Assembly (NCBI GenBank): GCA_051955985.1
Contig: JBQCGD010000036.1
Coordinates: 4,306 to 68,305 of the forward strand
DNA: 64,000 nucleotides
Source: Phycisphaerae bacterium
Lineage (GTDB): Bacteria; Planctomycetota; Phycisphaerae; WQYP01
Direction of reading: 5' to 3'
The notes under the pieces are model-generated. The model had not been told where the DNA came from. It did no database searches and was given only the letters and a program-made list of their open reading frames with translations. Of this stretch, positions 9,718 to 20,164 are shown piece by piece; position 1 is the stretch's first letter, and each line of letters opens with the position of its first letter. The position numbers were made by a program, and so were the translations under genes.

Positions 9718-11289
9718 ATGCCGTTTTGCAGAACACCCGTGCTGATCCTCTCGTTGACGCTCGTGGCGCACGCCCAGGCACTTCTCGCCGCCGCCCCCGC
9801 ATCACAGCCGGCCACCGGTCCGGCCCGGCTGGCGATCCCCGAGGAAGCCGCCCAGGATCGCGCGCAGCTGATGATCGTCAATCTCTTCAAGGCGGACTAC
9901 GCCAAAACCTCGGCCGCCGATCGGCAGGCGCTCGCCCGCAAACTTCTCTCGCAGGCCGCCGAGACGCGCGATGATGCCACTGCGCGCTACGTGCTGCTGC
10001 AGGATGCGGATGAACTCGCGTCGCTCGCCGGCGATCCCGTGACCGCCTACGCCGCCGCGACCGAGATTGCGCGCCTCTACCAGGCCGACACGATCGACCT
10101 GAAGAAGAAAACCCTCTTCCGTGCGAACGCCAGCGACGCCACGCCGGCGGCCAGCGAGGCCCTCGCACGCGAAGCCCTCGATACTGCCGACGATGCCGCA
10201 CTCCTCGATGATTTCGCGTCCGTGCAGCAGCTCGTCAACCTCGCCGAAAGCGCCGCCAACAAGACGCGCAACGTGCCGTTCGTCTCCTCCATCCAGCAGC
10301 GGCTCTTCGACCTGCGTTCGCTCATTGCCGATTACCCGAAGGTGCAGCAGGCGCTCAAAAAACTCGCGGATTCCTCGAGCGATGCCGAGGATCATCTTCT
10401 CGTCGGCAAGTTTTACGCCCTTCGCAAGGGACAATGGGACGTCGGCCTGCCGCACCTCGCGCAGGGGAGCGACGCCGCTCTCCGCACCGTGGCCACGCAG
10501 GACCTCGCCCGCCCCACCGACGGCCTCAAGCAGGCGACGCTCGGCGACGCCTGGTGGGATTTCGCCCAGACCCTCACCCCCGCCAACGGCGCGGCCCGGC
10601 GACATACCGAAGACCGCGCCCGCGAATGGTACCGGCTCGCCAAGCCCAACCTCGCCGGGCTCACGCTCACGCGCATCCAGGCGCGCCTGCAGAATTCCAC
10701 CAGCGAACCCGCCGGAACGAGCGCTGCCGCCGTTGGGGGGAACACCGTCAATCTCCTCCCGCTGGTCGATCCCGCCAAGGACACGCTGGATGGCAAATGG
10801 GCGTTCGCCAACAACGCCCTGCACTGCATCGCGCCCACGCGCAACGCCCTCCTCGCCCTCCCCTACGATCCCACCGACGAATACGACCTGCGCCTCACCT
10901 TCATCCGCACCGAGGGCGACGGCGCCATCACCATCCTCCTCCCCTCCCACAACAAGCTGTTCGACTTCGCCCTCGACATCAAAGGCGACGGCCGCTTTGA
11001 GCGCGTCGCCAACAAGATCGCCCGGGACAATCCGACCGCGGCCCCGGTCGTCATCACGAACAACCGCCGGTATGTGCTCACGCTGCAGATCCACAAGGAC
11101 ATCATCCGCGCCCTGCTCGACGACAAGCCGATCACGCAGTGGAAGACCGACTACAAGGACCTCAGCCACTATGCAATCTGGAAAGTCCCCAACGACAAGC
11201 GGCTCGCGATCGGCGTGAACAATTCCAAGGTGGCGTTCCTGGAAATTCAGATTACGGAGCTCGCAGGCAAAGGGCATCCGGCGCGGTGA
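9718..11289 (+). CDS. Secreted protein with N-terminal alpha-helical repeats and a C-terminal beta-sandwich (ConA-like) domain
   Basis: Signal peptide followed by an ASQPAT linker; helical Ala/Leu-rich half, then a beta-rich domain beginning VNLLPLVDP...GKW. Confidence 0.75.
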   Translation: MPFCRTPVLILSLTLVAHAQALLAAAPASQPATGPARLAIPEEAAQDRAQLMIVNLFKADYAKTSAADRQALARKLLSQAAETRDDATARYVLLQDADELASLAGDPVTAYAAATEIARLYQADTIDLKKKTLFRANASDATPAASEALAREALDTADDAALLDDFASVQQLVNLAESAANKTRNVPFVSSIQQRLFDLRSLIADYPKVQQALKKLADSSSDAEDHLLVGKFYALRKGQWDVGLPHLAQGSDAALRTVATQDLARPTDGLKQATLGDAWWDFAQTLTPANGAARRHTEDRAREWYRLAKPNLAGLTLTRIQARLQNSTSEPAGTSAAAVGGNTVNLLPLVDPAKDTLDGKWAFANNALHCIAPTRNALLALPYDPTDEYDLRLTFIRTEGDGAITILLPSHNKLFDFALDIKGDGRFERVANKIARDNPTAAPVVITNNRRYVLTLQIHKDIIRALLDDKPITQWKTDYKDLSHYAIWKVPNDKRLAIGVNNSKVAFLEIQITELAGKGHPAR

Positions 11290-11374
11290 AGGGAATTCGC
11301 CGCCAGTCTTTCCGTTAGGCGGCGCTTCCGCAAAACATTCTTACCGGCTCCCACGCTGCTCCCGGAGAATCCAT

Positions 11375-11400
11375 GAAAAAACCGCGGCACGCGCCGCGGT
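11375..11400 (-). terminator. Intrinsic terminator downstream of nuoI
   Basis: ACCGCGGC/GCCGCGGT stem with an adjacent A-run on the plus strand. Confidence 0.6.
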
Positions 11401-11432
11401 CCAAGGTTCTTCTCGCTCTTATCCCGCCCGGT

Positions 11433-11978
11433 TCACATCGGCTTCTTGCCGATCGTCCGGTCATACACGCTCAGCAGCTTCTCCTTGTCGAAGATCATCT
11501 CCTGCCGCGTGAGGCCCACCATGTCGTATTCATAGGTGAGTTCGATCGCATCCACCGGGCACGCCTCTTCGCACATGCCGCAGTAAATGCAGCGGAGTTC
11601 GTCGATGTCGAACTTCGCCGGATACTTTTCGCGATCCGTCCAGGGAGCCTCTTCGCCGACGATGTGAATGCAGTGCGCCGGGCACGCCGTCGCACACATG
11701 TAGCAGGCAACGCATTTCACGCGCCCCCGTTCGTCCCGGTTCAGCCGGTGCACGCCGCGGTAGCGCTGGATGTCCATCCCGCCGTGGTAAAGGTCCTTGT
11801 TCTCTCGCCGTTCTTCCGGGTACTGCAGCGTCCGGTGCCCGCCCGTCACCGACTTGCCCAGGTGCCGAATCGTCGTCCCGAGCCCCGACAGCACCGCCGG
11901 CACGAACATCGTTTCGAAGCTGTTCAGCTTCGGCTCTTTCAACTCAATGACATCTTCCGGCTTCATGGCCACTCGCAA
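11433..11978 (-). CDS. nuoI: NADH-quinone oxidoreductase subunit I
   Basis: TLQYPEE and RYRGVH; two CxxCxxCxxxCP motifs (CVACYMCATACP, CIYCGMCEEACP). Confidence 0.93.
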   Translation of the reverse strand: MRVAMKPEDVIELKEPKLNSFETMFVPAVLSGLGTTIRHLGKSVTGGHRTLQYPEERRENKDLYHGGMDIQRYRGVHRLNRDERGRVKCVACYMCATACPAHCIHIVGEEAPWTDREKYPAKFDIDELRCIYCGMCEEACPVDAIELTYEYDMVGLTRQEMIFDKEKLLSVYDRTIGKKPM

Positions 11979-12020
11979 AATAAGGGTTCCCCTCAGTATA
12001 GCCGCCCGCTCCCGCCCCGC

Positions 12021-12482
12021 CTACTGGGCGTACAGCTTGTCCAGGTCGACCACGAGCGTCCCGTCCGGCTGCTTCTCGGCCACCACACTGGGCAGCGGCT
12101 TCGTCGCCGGCCCCTTGATCGCACGCCCCAGCAGGTCGAACTCGCTCCCGTGGCACGGGCATTCAAAGCGGAAATCCTTCTCATCCCACTTCGCGTTGCA
12201 CCCCATGTGCGTGCACTTCGGCCGGATCGCCAGCGGAACGCCCGAATCGTTCGTCACCACGATCCCGCATTTCGCATACTGCGACGTGTTCGCTGTTCCC
12301 GCGGGGTAGTTCGCCTCCGGCCCAATGTTCACCCGCCCGGTGGTGGTCACCTTCGGTTTTTCGCGCTGCAGCTCGCAACCGCCCAGCGCTCCGCACGCGC
12401 ACCCCGCCGCCGCAAGCGCCGCCCCGATTCCCGCCACATTCACCAGCACTTCACGCCGCGATACCCTGGATGGTCCGTCCAT
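12021..12482 (-). CDS. Tat-exported Rieske [2Fe-2S] protein
   Basis: SRREVL twin-arginine signal; CTHMGC and CPCHGS boxes; GPA..PL. Confidence 0.92.
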   Translation of the reverse strand: MDGPSRVSRREVLVNVAGIGAALAAAGCACGALGGCELQREKPKVTTTGRVNIGPEANYPAGTANTSQYAKCGIVVTNDSGVPLAIRPKCTHMGCNAKWDEKDFRFECPCHGSEFDLLGRAIKGPATKPLPSVVAEKQPDGTLVVDLDKLYAQ

Positions 12483-12590
12483 GACAACTCCTTACATGCA
12501 TCCGCACACCCGCGCCGACGACGGCCATTATCGCAATCCCACGCCTCCCCACAACCCCGCGGCAGATCCCCCCGCCCGCGCCCCCGCCCG

Positions 12591-15500
12591 TTACCCCCGC
12601 ACCCGCTTTCCGTGCACCATCCACATCCCGTCGCCAATTTGCCCCGCCACGGTCACTTTTCCAAGCGCTCCCCGGATCGTCACATTTCCGGAAAAATCGC
12701 CCGCCAGGTGCCGCGGCTTGCTGCCCGTGACGGTGAGGCTCCCCAGCGACGGCGCGGTGATCCCGCTGAGCGAGACATTGTCGCCGGCCCAATTCGCCGC
12801 CACCACCGACCCGATCACCTCCGCCGAGTTGATCAGCAGGTCCTGCACCATTCCCAGCCGCAGCGCCAGGCTTCCGCCGGCCGAGCGGATCGCCAGCGTC
12901 GCCGGCCCGGCAACATCCCGCAGCGTGATCGCCGCCGCCGTCCCCGCGATGCTCACGTTCCCCAGCAGGTTCGTCGACGGGGCAATCACCGTCTTGATCG
13001 CCGTGTGATCCTTCGCATTGTTCGCATTGCCCACCGTCAGCCCGCCCAGCGAGAACAGCCCGTCATCCCCGGCCCTGGGCGTCTTCGCCGTGGTAAAGGT
13101 CAACGCCGATTTTCCGTTGCTCCCCGCGACGGCGACATGGAATCCATTTGCGGCGTTCGTCACCGTCCCCGTCCCGCCGCCGGTGAGCGACATCGTCACC
13201 CGCGTGCCGTCGGCATCGTTGAGCACCAGCGACGCAGCCCCCTTGCGACCCGCCACGGCCCCGAACTGCCACGCCACTCTCACACGCTGCGGCGCCGCCG
13301 CCGTGTTGTTGAGTTCGTTCAACTCCGTCACGCTCGAGAACGCATCGGCCATCGCGGTGATGGAAAGCATTCCCGTCCCCATCGCCTGCGTCACCACAAA
13401 CGTCACGTTGAAGGTGATCGACTTCCCCGCCGCCAACGGCGACCGCAGCCACACCCGCTTCGCCAGCGCCGCCGCAATGTTGTACTTCCCGCCGCCCCAC
13501 ACCCGCACATCCACCGCCACCGCCGCCGCCGGCGATGCTGCCAGCGCGCCCGCGCCGACGTTCTTCACCGTCACCGGCACCGTGATCACATCCCCCGGCA
13601 GATATTCCGACAACGGCCTGACGACCTTGCCCACCGCCACCGTGAGGTCCGGCTCCTTCACCACGTTCACCGTCTTCGAATCCACCTGCACGTACGAAGT
13701 CCCCGGCGCATCCTGCACCCACAGCGTCACCGCGTGGTTCCCCTCCGACAGGCTCGCCGGCAGCGTGAACGAGAAGCCATGGTTCGCCGAGCCCAGCGTC
13801 GGCTCAAGATCCGTGCGCGAAACCTTCGCCGCAAACGGCGTCCCCGCCTTCCCATCCACATCCAGGCGCACCATCACCGGCGCACTTCCCGCATTCGCGT
13901 CATAGCCCCACCCCGTCACCACTCCGTTCGTCGCGTTTTCAATCTTTCCCGCCGGACGCGTCGCCCCGGAGAGCGGCGCCAGGAGCGCGCTGTAATTCGC
14001 CACAACGGCCGCGTTGGCGGCAATCGTCGCCGCCGCGTTGGCATTGGCCGCCCCCTCCGGCACGCCGCCGTACGTCACGTTGGGGTTCGAATAATACGGA
14101 ATCGTCTGCCCGGGATCGTAGCTCATGATGTCGTGGTAGAGCACACCGCTGTTGCCGTAAAACCGGTATCCGTGGGCCGTCTGGAACCCGCCGGAATCTG
14201 GATCGTTTTGCGTGTCGTGCCGTGCGCCGAAGTTGTGCCCGAGTTCGTGGGCGAGCACATAATTGGTCGCTTCTTGCGCATCGAGCACCGTAAACGCCTG
14301 GTTCACATCCCCGCCCGGGGAATTCAGCTCGCTCCCGAGCCCGATGAGGCTGCCATCCGTGTCGGTCGTTGACGGACCATTCACGAACAGTGAGACAAGG
14401 TCCGCGTGGTACCGCTGCCGCAGCGTCGCCGCGCTGTCCATATATCCGTCCGACGCATTCTGCAGGCGCGTCAGGTCGGCGTAGTAGCTCCCCGATTCCA
14501 TGTAACTGATCTGCTCCGCATCGACGACGCGGATCTCCACCGGAATGAGGCTGTTCTCCATCGCCAGGTTGTTCTGCGCCACCGCGTTGCTGATGACGCT
14601 TTGGATGTTGAACATCGCAGCCCCTGCCGCTTGCGTGTAGAGCACCAGCAGATCGACGATGGTGACCGGGGTGATCGTTTCCGTCAGCGAGTTTGATTGC
14701 GACGGCAGGAAGTCCGCAGACCCGTTGTAAACCGCGGAGAGCGAATGCGTGCCGGGGGAAAGGACGCTCATCGTCAGCGTCGCGACGCCGTTGTTCACCG
14801 TGCCGCTGCCAAGAAGCGTCGCGCCATCAAAGAACGAAACGTTGCCGGTCGCCGCGCCGCTACCGGTCAGGACCATCGCCGTCAATGTCACCGCATCCCC
14901 CTGGCGTGCGTTGAGAATTGATGTGGAAAGCTGCGTCGTCGTGGTGATCTTCGACACCGTCACCGACAGGTCCCCCGAACTGCTCCCCAGATAATTGGCA
15001 TCGCCGCCGTAAACCGCCTTGATCGTGTGCGAGCCAGCGCCCAATGGCACGGGGAGCGTAACTCCCTCTCTCAGCGTTGTCGCGTAATCCCATGTTCCCA
15101 AAAGCACGCCTGCATCAAATAACTGCACGCTCCCGGTCGCCCTCACTGCCGCGACGGTCGAGACATTCACATGGAACACCTCGGGCCTCGAGATCTGGGC
15201 CACCTCGGCGAGCGACAGGTTCGTGCTCGTCGCCAGTCGCTCCACATCAATATTGAATGCCGCCGAGCTGCTCCCGGCGTAATAACCGTCCCCGTGATAT
15301 ATTGCCGTCAGCGCATGCACGCCGGTTGCTAGCGCATTCCCCGGCGCCAGCCGCACCTCCCCATTCGCCAGCGTCCCCGTTGCGAGCAACGCGTTCCCTT
15401 CATAAAGGTCCACACTCCCCGTCGGCATGACCCCTGGGAGCCCGGAAACACGCGCCAGCATCACCGGCGCCGCCGTCGGCAAGCCCACCTGCACCAGGGA

Positions 15501-18041
15501 CAGCGCCACTGTCGACGCCGCCGGATTCACCGTGACGACCACCGGCGAAGACGACGCGCTCTGCCCACTGTCGCTTTGGAATAACGCCGTGATGCTGTCG
15601 CTTCCCGCCGTCAGAGCTGCGGTCGTGAAGCTCGCCACCCCGTTCGCGTCCAGCACGGCGCTTCCCAGCATCTGGCTGCCGCTCTTGAACACAACAGTCC
15701 CAGACCAGAAATCTCCCCCGGCCGGCAACTGCGCCGTGAGCGTCACGATCTCCCCGGCATTGATCGCCCCTTTCGAAGCCGACAGCACCGGCGCGGGCGG
15801 CGGATCGCTGGACACGTTCAGCACCCGCACGCCGTTGGCCGTCCGGACAAATAGCGTCTTACCGTCCGGCGACGTCGCCATCAGCGAGAGTGATCCCTGC
15901 GGATAGGAAGAGAACCCCAGCGTGTCGTCAATATTCAATGTCCGCTTCTGGGCAAACGTGCTGGTGTCGTAGACGCTGACAAAGCTGCTGTTGTAGCCCC
16001 ACACGTACATTTCATTCTGCACGGGATTGAACGTCACCGCCCCGCCGACAAGGCCCGTCGCGACAATCTGCAACTGCCGGTTCAGCACGGTCGTGCCGTA
16101 AAAATAGTTCGTGGATGCCACAAGGGTGCCGTTGGCATTGATCGCCGCCGTGCGGTTGCCGGAGAAACTGTTCAGCGTATTGGCCACCAGCGTCCCGCTG
16201 GCCATGTCATAGAGCCGCATCGGCGCATAGGTTGCGTCCCAATCATCGATCAGCACCGTCTTGTCGTCCGTTGAGCGATACAGTACGCCGCCCCCGCCAA
16301 GACTGGTGAACCCCGACGCGGTGGCGTTGCTGACCGATCCATTCGCAATATTCAGCACATGGGCGGGCAGATAATTTCCCGATCCGTTTTGATTGGGTGC
16401 AAAGTACGCCAGCGAATTCGACACTGCGACAATTGAATTCGGCGTCCCTTCGCCGCCATACGCCGTGACATACGCCACCTGCGTGTCCACCCCCGTAGTC
16501 GTGTTCACTTCGTGAATCACCTCCGCCCCCTGATCAGGAATCAACAGAATATTCCCATCCGGCGTCACATCCGCCGGACCGGGCTTCCCGATAATGTGGA
16601 ACGCCGGCATAAAGGCGCCGGTCGTCAAATTCAGCCGCAGGATGTCTCCGTTGTCACACAGAATATCCAGCTCGTTCCGCGCGGAATTGATCACCATATC
16701 GTCCGCGTTCTGCACCGGCAGCGTCGAACGCGACGACCGCACCACGATCGGCACCGTCTGCGAAACCAGCGAAGCACCGGTTGTCGCGGTGTACACCGCC
16801 TGGAAGTCAAACACCCCCGCCGACGGCAGAGTCGCCGTTAATGTCGCCGTCCCCCCCTGCAGCGTCGCCGATCCAAATGTCACCCCTCCGTTCACAAACG
16901 TCACCGAACCCGTGGCGCCGCCTCCGATCGTAGCGGTCAGCGTGACCGCAACCCCCTGCGAAACCGAAGCCGCCGACGCATTGAATGAAACTGTCTGAAA
17001 CGCCGATTCATCGACATTCACCACCCGCACGCCGCTGCCGCCCGCAATGTAGAGGGTCTTTCCATCCGTCGACGTCGTCATCAACCCTTCCCCCGCCGGG
17101 TCATACCAGTTGAACCCGAACGTCTCTCCCAGGTCGAATGTCGCCTTCACCTGAAACGTCGTCGCATCATACGCCAGCAGCCTGCTCGAGTTTGTCGGCA
17201 AAATGTACAGCGTGTTGAACACCGGGCTGAGGAGCGATGCGCCCCCCGGCAAGTCCGCCTGCAGCCGCTGAAACTGCCCATCTCGAACAACGGTCCGGTA
17301 GTAATCCGACTCCGCCACCAGCGTCGCGTTGGCATTGAGGGTCATGTTCGCCGCGGAGTATTCTGTTGCGGCAGCCTGCGAAACCACGCGCCCCTGCGGC
17401 ACGCTGTACAGCCACGCGGGCCCGTTGCTGCCATTGAAATTGTCCAACACCACACTGTTTCGGTCCGGCGAGCGGTACACACGCCCATCCCCGCCGTAGC
17501 TCGTCAGCGCCGGCGTCGTCGTGTATGTCACCGCCCCCGTCGCAATGTTCAAGACGTGCACTGGCAAATAATTGCCGGACCCAGCTTGGTTTGCCGTGAA
17601 ATACGCCGTGGTGTCCGACACTGCCACCAGCGCATTCGGATTCGACTCTCCGCCGTACGGGCCAATGCTGTAATTCAGAAGCGTGTCCGTCCCCGTCGCC
17701 AGGTCCACTTTGTGAATCACCCGCGCCGACCGGTCCGTCAGCAACAAATAATGCCCGTCCGGCGTAATATCCCCCGGTCCCGGCGATCCCGGAATATTGA
17801 TCGACGACAGCATCGCCCCCGTCCCCGCATCGTAGCGGTACACCGCGTTGGACCCCACCACATCCAACTGATTCCGCGTCGCATCAAAGATCAACCCATA
17901 ATGGTCGGCAACTGGCAGCAGCGTCGCCGCCAGCAGCAATCGCGACTCCAACCCCTCCACCATCATCCGCTTCTCCCGCAATCCTCCATCCCGCCTCGCC
18001 CGCTGACGCCGCCTGCCCGATACGTTCCCACTGATGCGCAT
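12591..18041 (-). CDS. Giant surface protein: LEPR-XLL motif, two beta-propellers, about five Ig-like (Big_3-type) repeats, M12B/reprolysin-like zinc metallopeptidase, CARDB-like domain
   Basis: EGLESRLLLA; duplicated propeller (TPDG, GSGNYLP twice); repeated TG.V.F..G...LG and G.H...A.Y.G; HELGHNFGARH followed by DIMSY Met-turn. Start is uncertain (18041 or 18173). Confidence 0.88.
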   Translation of the reverse strand: MRISGNVSGRRRQRARRDGGLREKRMMVEGLESRLLLAATLLPVADHYGLIFDATRNQLDVVGSNAVYRYDAGTGAMLSSINIPGSPGPGDITPDGHYLLLTDRSARVIHKVDLATGTDTLLNYSIGPYGGESNPNALVAVSDTTAYFTANQAGSGNYLPVHVLNIATGAVTYTTTPALTSYGGDGRVYRSPDRNSVVLDNFNGSNGPAWLYSVPQGRVVSQAAATEYSAANMTLNANATLVAESDYYRTVVRDGQFQRLQADLPGGASLLSPVFNTLYILPTNSSRLLAYDATTFQVKATFDLGETFGFNWYDPAGEGLMTTSTDGKTLYIAGGSGVRVVNVDESAFQTVSFNASAASVSQGVAVTLTATIGGGATGSVTFVNGGVTFGSATLQGGTATLTATLPSAGVFDFQAVYTATTGASLVSQTVPIVVRSSRSTLPVQNADDMVINSARNELDILCDNGDILRLNLTTGAFMPAFHIIGKPGPADVTPDGNILLIPDQGAEVIHEVNTTTGVDTQVAYVTAYGGEGTPNSIVAVSNSLAYFAPNQNGSGNYLPAHVLNIANGSVSNATASGFTSLGGGGVLYRSTDDKTVLIDDWDATYAPMRLYDMASGTLVANTLNSFSGNRTAAINANGTLVASTNYFYGTTVLNRQLQIVATGLVGGAVTFNPVQNEMYVWGYNSSFVSVYDTSTFAQKRTLNIDDTLGFSSYPQGSLSLMATSPDGKTLFVRTANGVRVLNVSSDPPPAPVLSASKGAINAGEIVTLTAQLPAGGDFWSGTVVFKSGSQMLGSAVLDANGVASFTTAALTAGSDSITALFQSDSGQSASSSPVVVTVNPAASTVALSLVQVGLPTAAPVMLARVSGLPGVMPTGSVDLYEGNALLATGTLANGEVRLAPGNALATGVHALTAIYHGDGYYAGSSSAAFNIDVERLATSTNLSLAEVAQISRPEVFHVNVSTVAAVRATGSVQLFDAGVLLGTWDYATTLREGVTLPVPLGAGSHTIKAVYGGDANYLGSSSGDLSVTVSKITTTTQLSTSILNARQGDAVTLTAMVLTGSGAATGNVSFFDGATLLGSGTVNNGVATLTMSVLSPGTHSLSAVYNGSADFLPSQSNSLTETITPVTIVDLLVLYTQAAGAAMFNIQSVISNAVAQNNLAMENSLIPVEIRVVDAEQISYMESGSYYADLTRLQNASDGYMDSAATLRQRYHADLVSLFVNGPSTTDTDGSLIGLGSELNSPGGDVNQAFTVLDAQEATNYVLAHELGHNFGARHDTQNDPDSGGFQTAHGYRFYGNSGVLYHDIMSYDPGQTIPYYSNPNVTYGGVPEGAANANAAATIAANAAVVANYSALLAPLSGATRPAGKIENATNGVVTGWGYDANAGSAPVMVRLDVDGKAGTPFAAKVSRTDLEPTLGSANHGFSFTLPASLSEGNHAVTLWVQDAPGTSYVQVDSKTVNVVKEPDLTVAVGKVVRPLSEYLPGDVITVPVTVKNVGAGALAASPAAAVAVDVRVWGGGKYNIAAALAKRVWLRSPLAAGKSITFNVTFVVTQAMGTGMLSITAMADAFSSVTELNELNNTAAAPQRVRVAWQFGAVAGRKGAASLVLNDADGTRVTMSLTGGGTGTVTNAANGFHVAVAGSNGKSALTFTTAKTPRAGDDGLFSLGGLTVGNANNAKDHTAIKTVIAPSTNLLGNVSIAGTAAAITLRDVAGPATLAIRSAGGSLALRLGMVQDLLINSAEVIGSVVAANWAGDNVSLSGITAPSLGSLTVTGSKPRHLAGDFSGNVTIRGALGKVTVAGQIGDGMWMVHGKRVRG

Positions 18042-18220
18042 ACTTCCCACGTGCCTTCTCCAACCAGAATCCGCGATGCCCATCCCTGGGTGCGTCTTTT
18101 TCCCACTGTCGAGCCGCCGATTTTCCACCCCGCCCCCCTCCCCCGTCAATGAAAAAGCCGCGATGAGCTTCATCGCGGCCTATTTTCCTGATCCCGATAA
18201 CGCCGTCTCCCCCCACCTTC

Positions 18221-18742
18221 TCACGCGATCGTCACACTGGCGTCCTTCGCGTCCGCACCCACCACCCGGCTCGTGTCCACCTCAATCACCCCGTCCCCGT
18301 CCAGCCGCACCGCATAATGCCCCAGCGGATCCAGGCTCGCCGGCACGTTCTTCCCCTTCCCCGGCCCGCGCACATTCTTCCCCTCAAAATCAAACTCCGC
18401 CCCGTGGCACTTGCAATGGAACAGTTCCTTCCCCGCCACCGGCGCCACGTCGCACGCCTTGTGCGTGCACTTGGGCGCTATCGCATGAATCACGTTCCCT
18501 TCCCGCACCACGATCGCCAACGCCTTCAAATCCGGCCCCTTGATCACCTTTGCCGTCTTGTCCGCAATGTCCCCCGGCTTCCCCGCCTTCACCCAGTGGC
18601 CGCCCGCCGGCGCATCCGCCGCACGCGCCGCCCCGGAAAGCGCCGGCATCGCCACCGCCGCCGCGGCCATCATCCCCAGCACCACCCGCCGCGACGGGCC
18701 CGCTTCCCCTTGACCACAACCGCACCCGCACTGCTTCTCCAT
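18221..18742 (-). CDS. Tat-exported Rieske [2Fe-2S] protein
   Basis: SRRVVL Tat motif with AxA cleavage site; CTHKAC and CKCHGA boxes. Confidence 0.9.
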   Translation of the reverse strand: MEKQCGCGCGQGEAGPSRRVVLGMMAAAAVAMPALSGAARAADAPAGGHWVKAGKPGDIADKTAKVIKGPDLKALAIVVREGNVIHAIAPKCTHKACDVAPVAGKELFHCKCHGAEFDFEGKNVRGPGKGKNVPASLDPLGHYAVRLDGDGVIEVDTSRVVGADAKDASVTIA

Positions 18743-18870
18743 GGAATCGGCTCCTCAAAAGCAATCAACCAGTGGACATACTTTACGGACAAACGTTAAG
18801 TGCCACCTTTTCTTGCCCCCGTGAAGTGCCCCCCGCCCCCGCCTCGATTCGCTCCATTTTCGCGATCTTC

Positions 18871-19452
18871 TCACCCCTCCCGCGCATGCCACTCCACATC
18901 CCCTCGCCCCGCAAGCCGGTTCGCCTCCCGCGCAAGCGTAAACAGCAGGTCCGACAACCGGTTCAGGTAAATCAACGCCTGCCCCAAACCCCCGCGCCCC
19001 GCCTCTCCCTCCGCCTCCATCAACCCCACCAGCAGCCGCTCCGCCCGCCGGCACACCGTCCGCGCCACGTGCAACTGCCCCGCCGCCACCGTCCCCCCCG
19101 GCAGAACAAACGCCTTGAGCGCGGGCAACCTCCCCGTCGCCGCATCAATCCGCTCCTCCAGGAACCTCACCTCCCGCTCCGAAATCCGCACCACCTTCGC
19201 CTCATTCTTTGACCCCAGCGGCGTTGCCAAATCCGCCCCCAGCACAAACAACTGCCGCTGCAATGTGGTCAGCAACCCCGCCAGTTCCGCCGCCGCAGCA
19301 TCGCCCCCCAGCGTCGCCACCACCACCCCCAGCCACGAATTCAATTCATCCACCGTCCCATACGTCTCAATCCGCAAATGATCCTTCGGCACCTTCGTCC
19401 CATCAAAAAGCGCCGTCTCCCCGCGATCGCCAAATTTCGTATAAATCTTCAT
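18871..19452 (-). CDS. PduO-type ATP:cob(I)alamin adenosyltransferase
   Basis: MKIYTKFGDRGET, YGTVDELNS, ARTVCRRAER and YLNRLSDLLF motifs. Confidence 0.95.
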   Translation of the reverse strand: MKIYTKFGDRGETALFDGTKVPKDHLRIETYGTVDELNSWLGVVVATLGGDAAAAELAGLLTTLQRQLFVLGADLATPLGSKNEAKVVRISEREVRFLEERIDAATGRLPALKAFVLPGGTVAAGQLHVARTVCRRAERLLVGLMEAEGEAGRGGLGQALIYLNRLSDLLFTLAREANRLAGRGDVEWHAREG

Positions 19453-19515
19453 CCCCGCATCCTATCACAATCCCTTCGTCCCCCCACTCCGTACAGGTAG
19501 AATGTCCCCACACGC

Positions 19516-19550
19516 ATTCTGAATTCTGAACCCTGAATTCTGAATTCGAA
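19516..19550 (+). repeat. Heptamer tandem array (ATTCTGA)x5
   Basis: attctga attctga accctga attctga attcgaa. Confidence 0.9.
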
Positions 19551-19560
19551 AGGAGCCCCC

Positions 19561-20148
19561 ATGCCCGCCAAGCGCATCCTCGCCCTCGTCGGCGATTTCG
19601 TCGAAGACTACGAAATCATGGTCCCCTTCCAGGCCCTCCTCGCCGTCGGCCACACCGTCCACACCGTCTGCCCCAACAAGAAAGCCGGCGACAAGTGCCG
19701 CACCGCCGTCCATGATTTCGAAGGCGACCAGACCTACTCCGAAAAACGCGGCCACGATTTCACCCTCAACGCCACCTTCGTCGACGCCCTCAAAGACCTC
19801 GACACCTACGACGCCCTCCTCATTCCCGGCGGCCGCGCCCCCGAATACCTCCGCCTCCACTCCGACGTCCTCGCCATCGCCCGCCACTTCGCCGAAACCA
19901 AAAAGCCCATCGCCGCCATCTGCCACGGCCTGCAGATCCTTTCCGCCGCCAACGTCCTCAAAGGCCGCACCTGCTCCGCCTACTACGCCTGCGCCCCCGA
20001 AGTCTCCGCTGCCGGCGCCACATACAAGGAAATCCCCGTCGATCAGGCCATCACCGAAGGCAACCTCGTCTCCGCCCCCGCCTGGCCCGCCCACCCCGCC
20101 TTCATCGCCGAGTTCCTCAAACTCCTCGGCACAAGGATCGACCTGTGA
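19561..20148 (+). CDS. DJ-1/PfpI family protein
   Basis: [19 protein letters not shown] and AICHG nucleophile elbow; AAGGAG SD. Confidence 0.95.
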   Translation: MPAKRILALVGDFVEDYEIMVPFQALLAVGHTVHTVCPNKKAGDKCRTAVHDFEGDQTYSEKRGHDFTLNATFVDALKDLDTYDALLIPGGRAPEYLRLHSDVLAIARHFAETKKPIAAICHGLQILSAANVLKGRTCSAYYACAPEVSAAGATYKEIPVDQAITEGNLVSAPAWPAHPAFIAEFLKLLGTRIDL

Positions 20149-20164
20149 CCGTGGCCCTTCCCGA

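Noticed and set aside
11373-14372. 999-aa plus-strand ORF
   Set aside because: Arg/His/Pro-rich antisense shadow of nuoI, the Rieske gene and the surface protein; stop codons are rare in skewed high-GC DNA.
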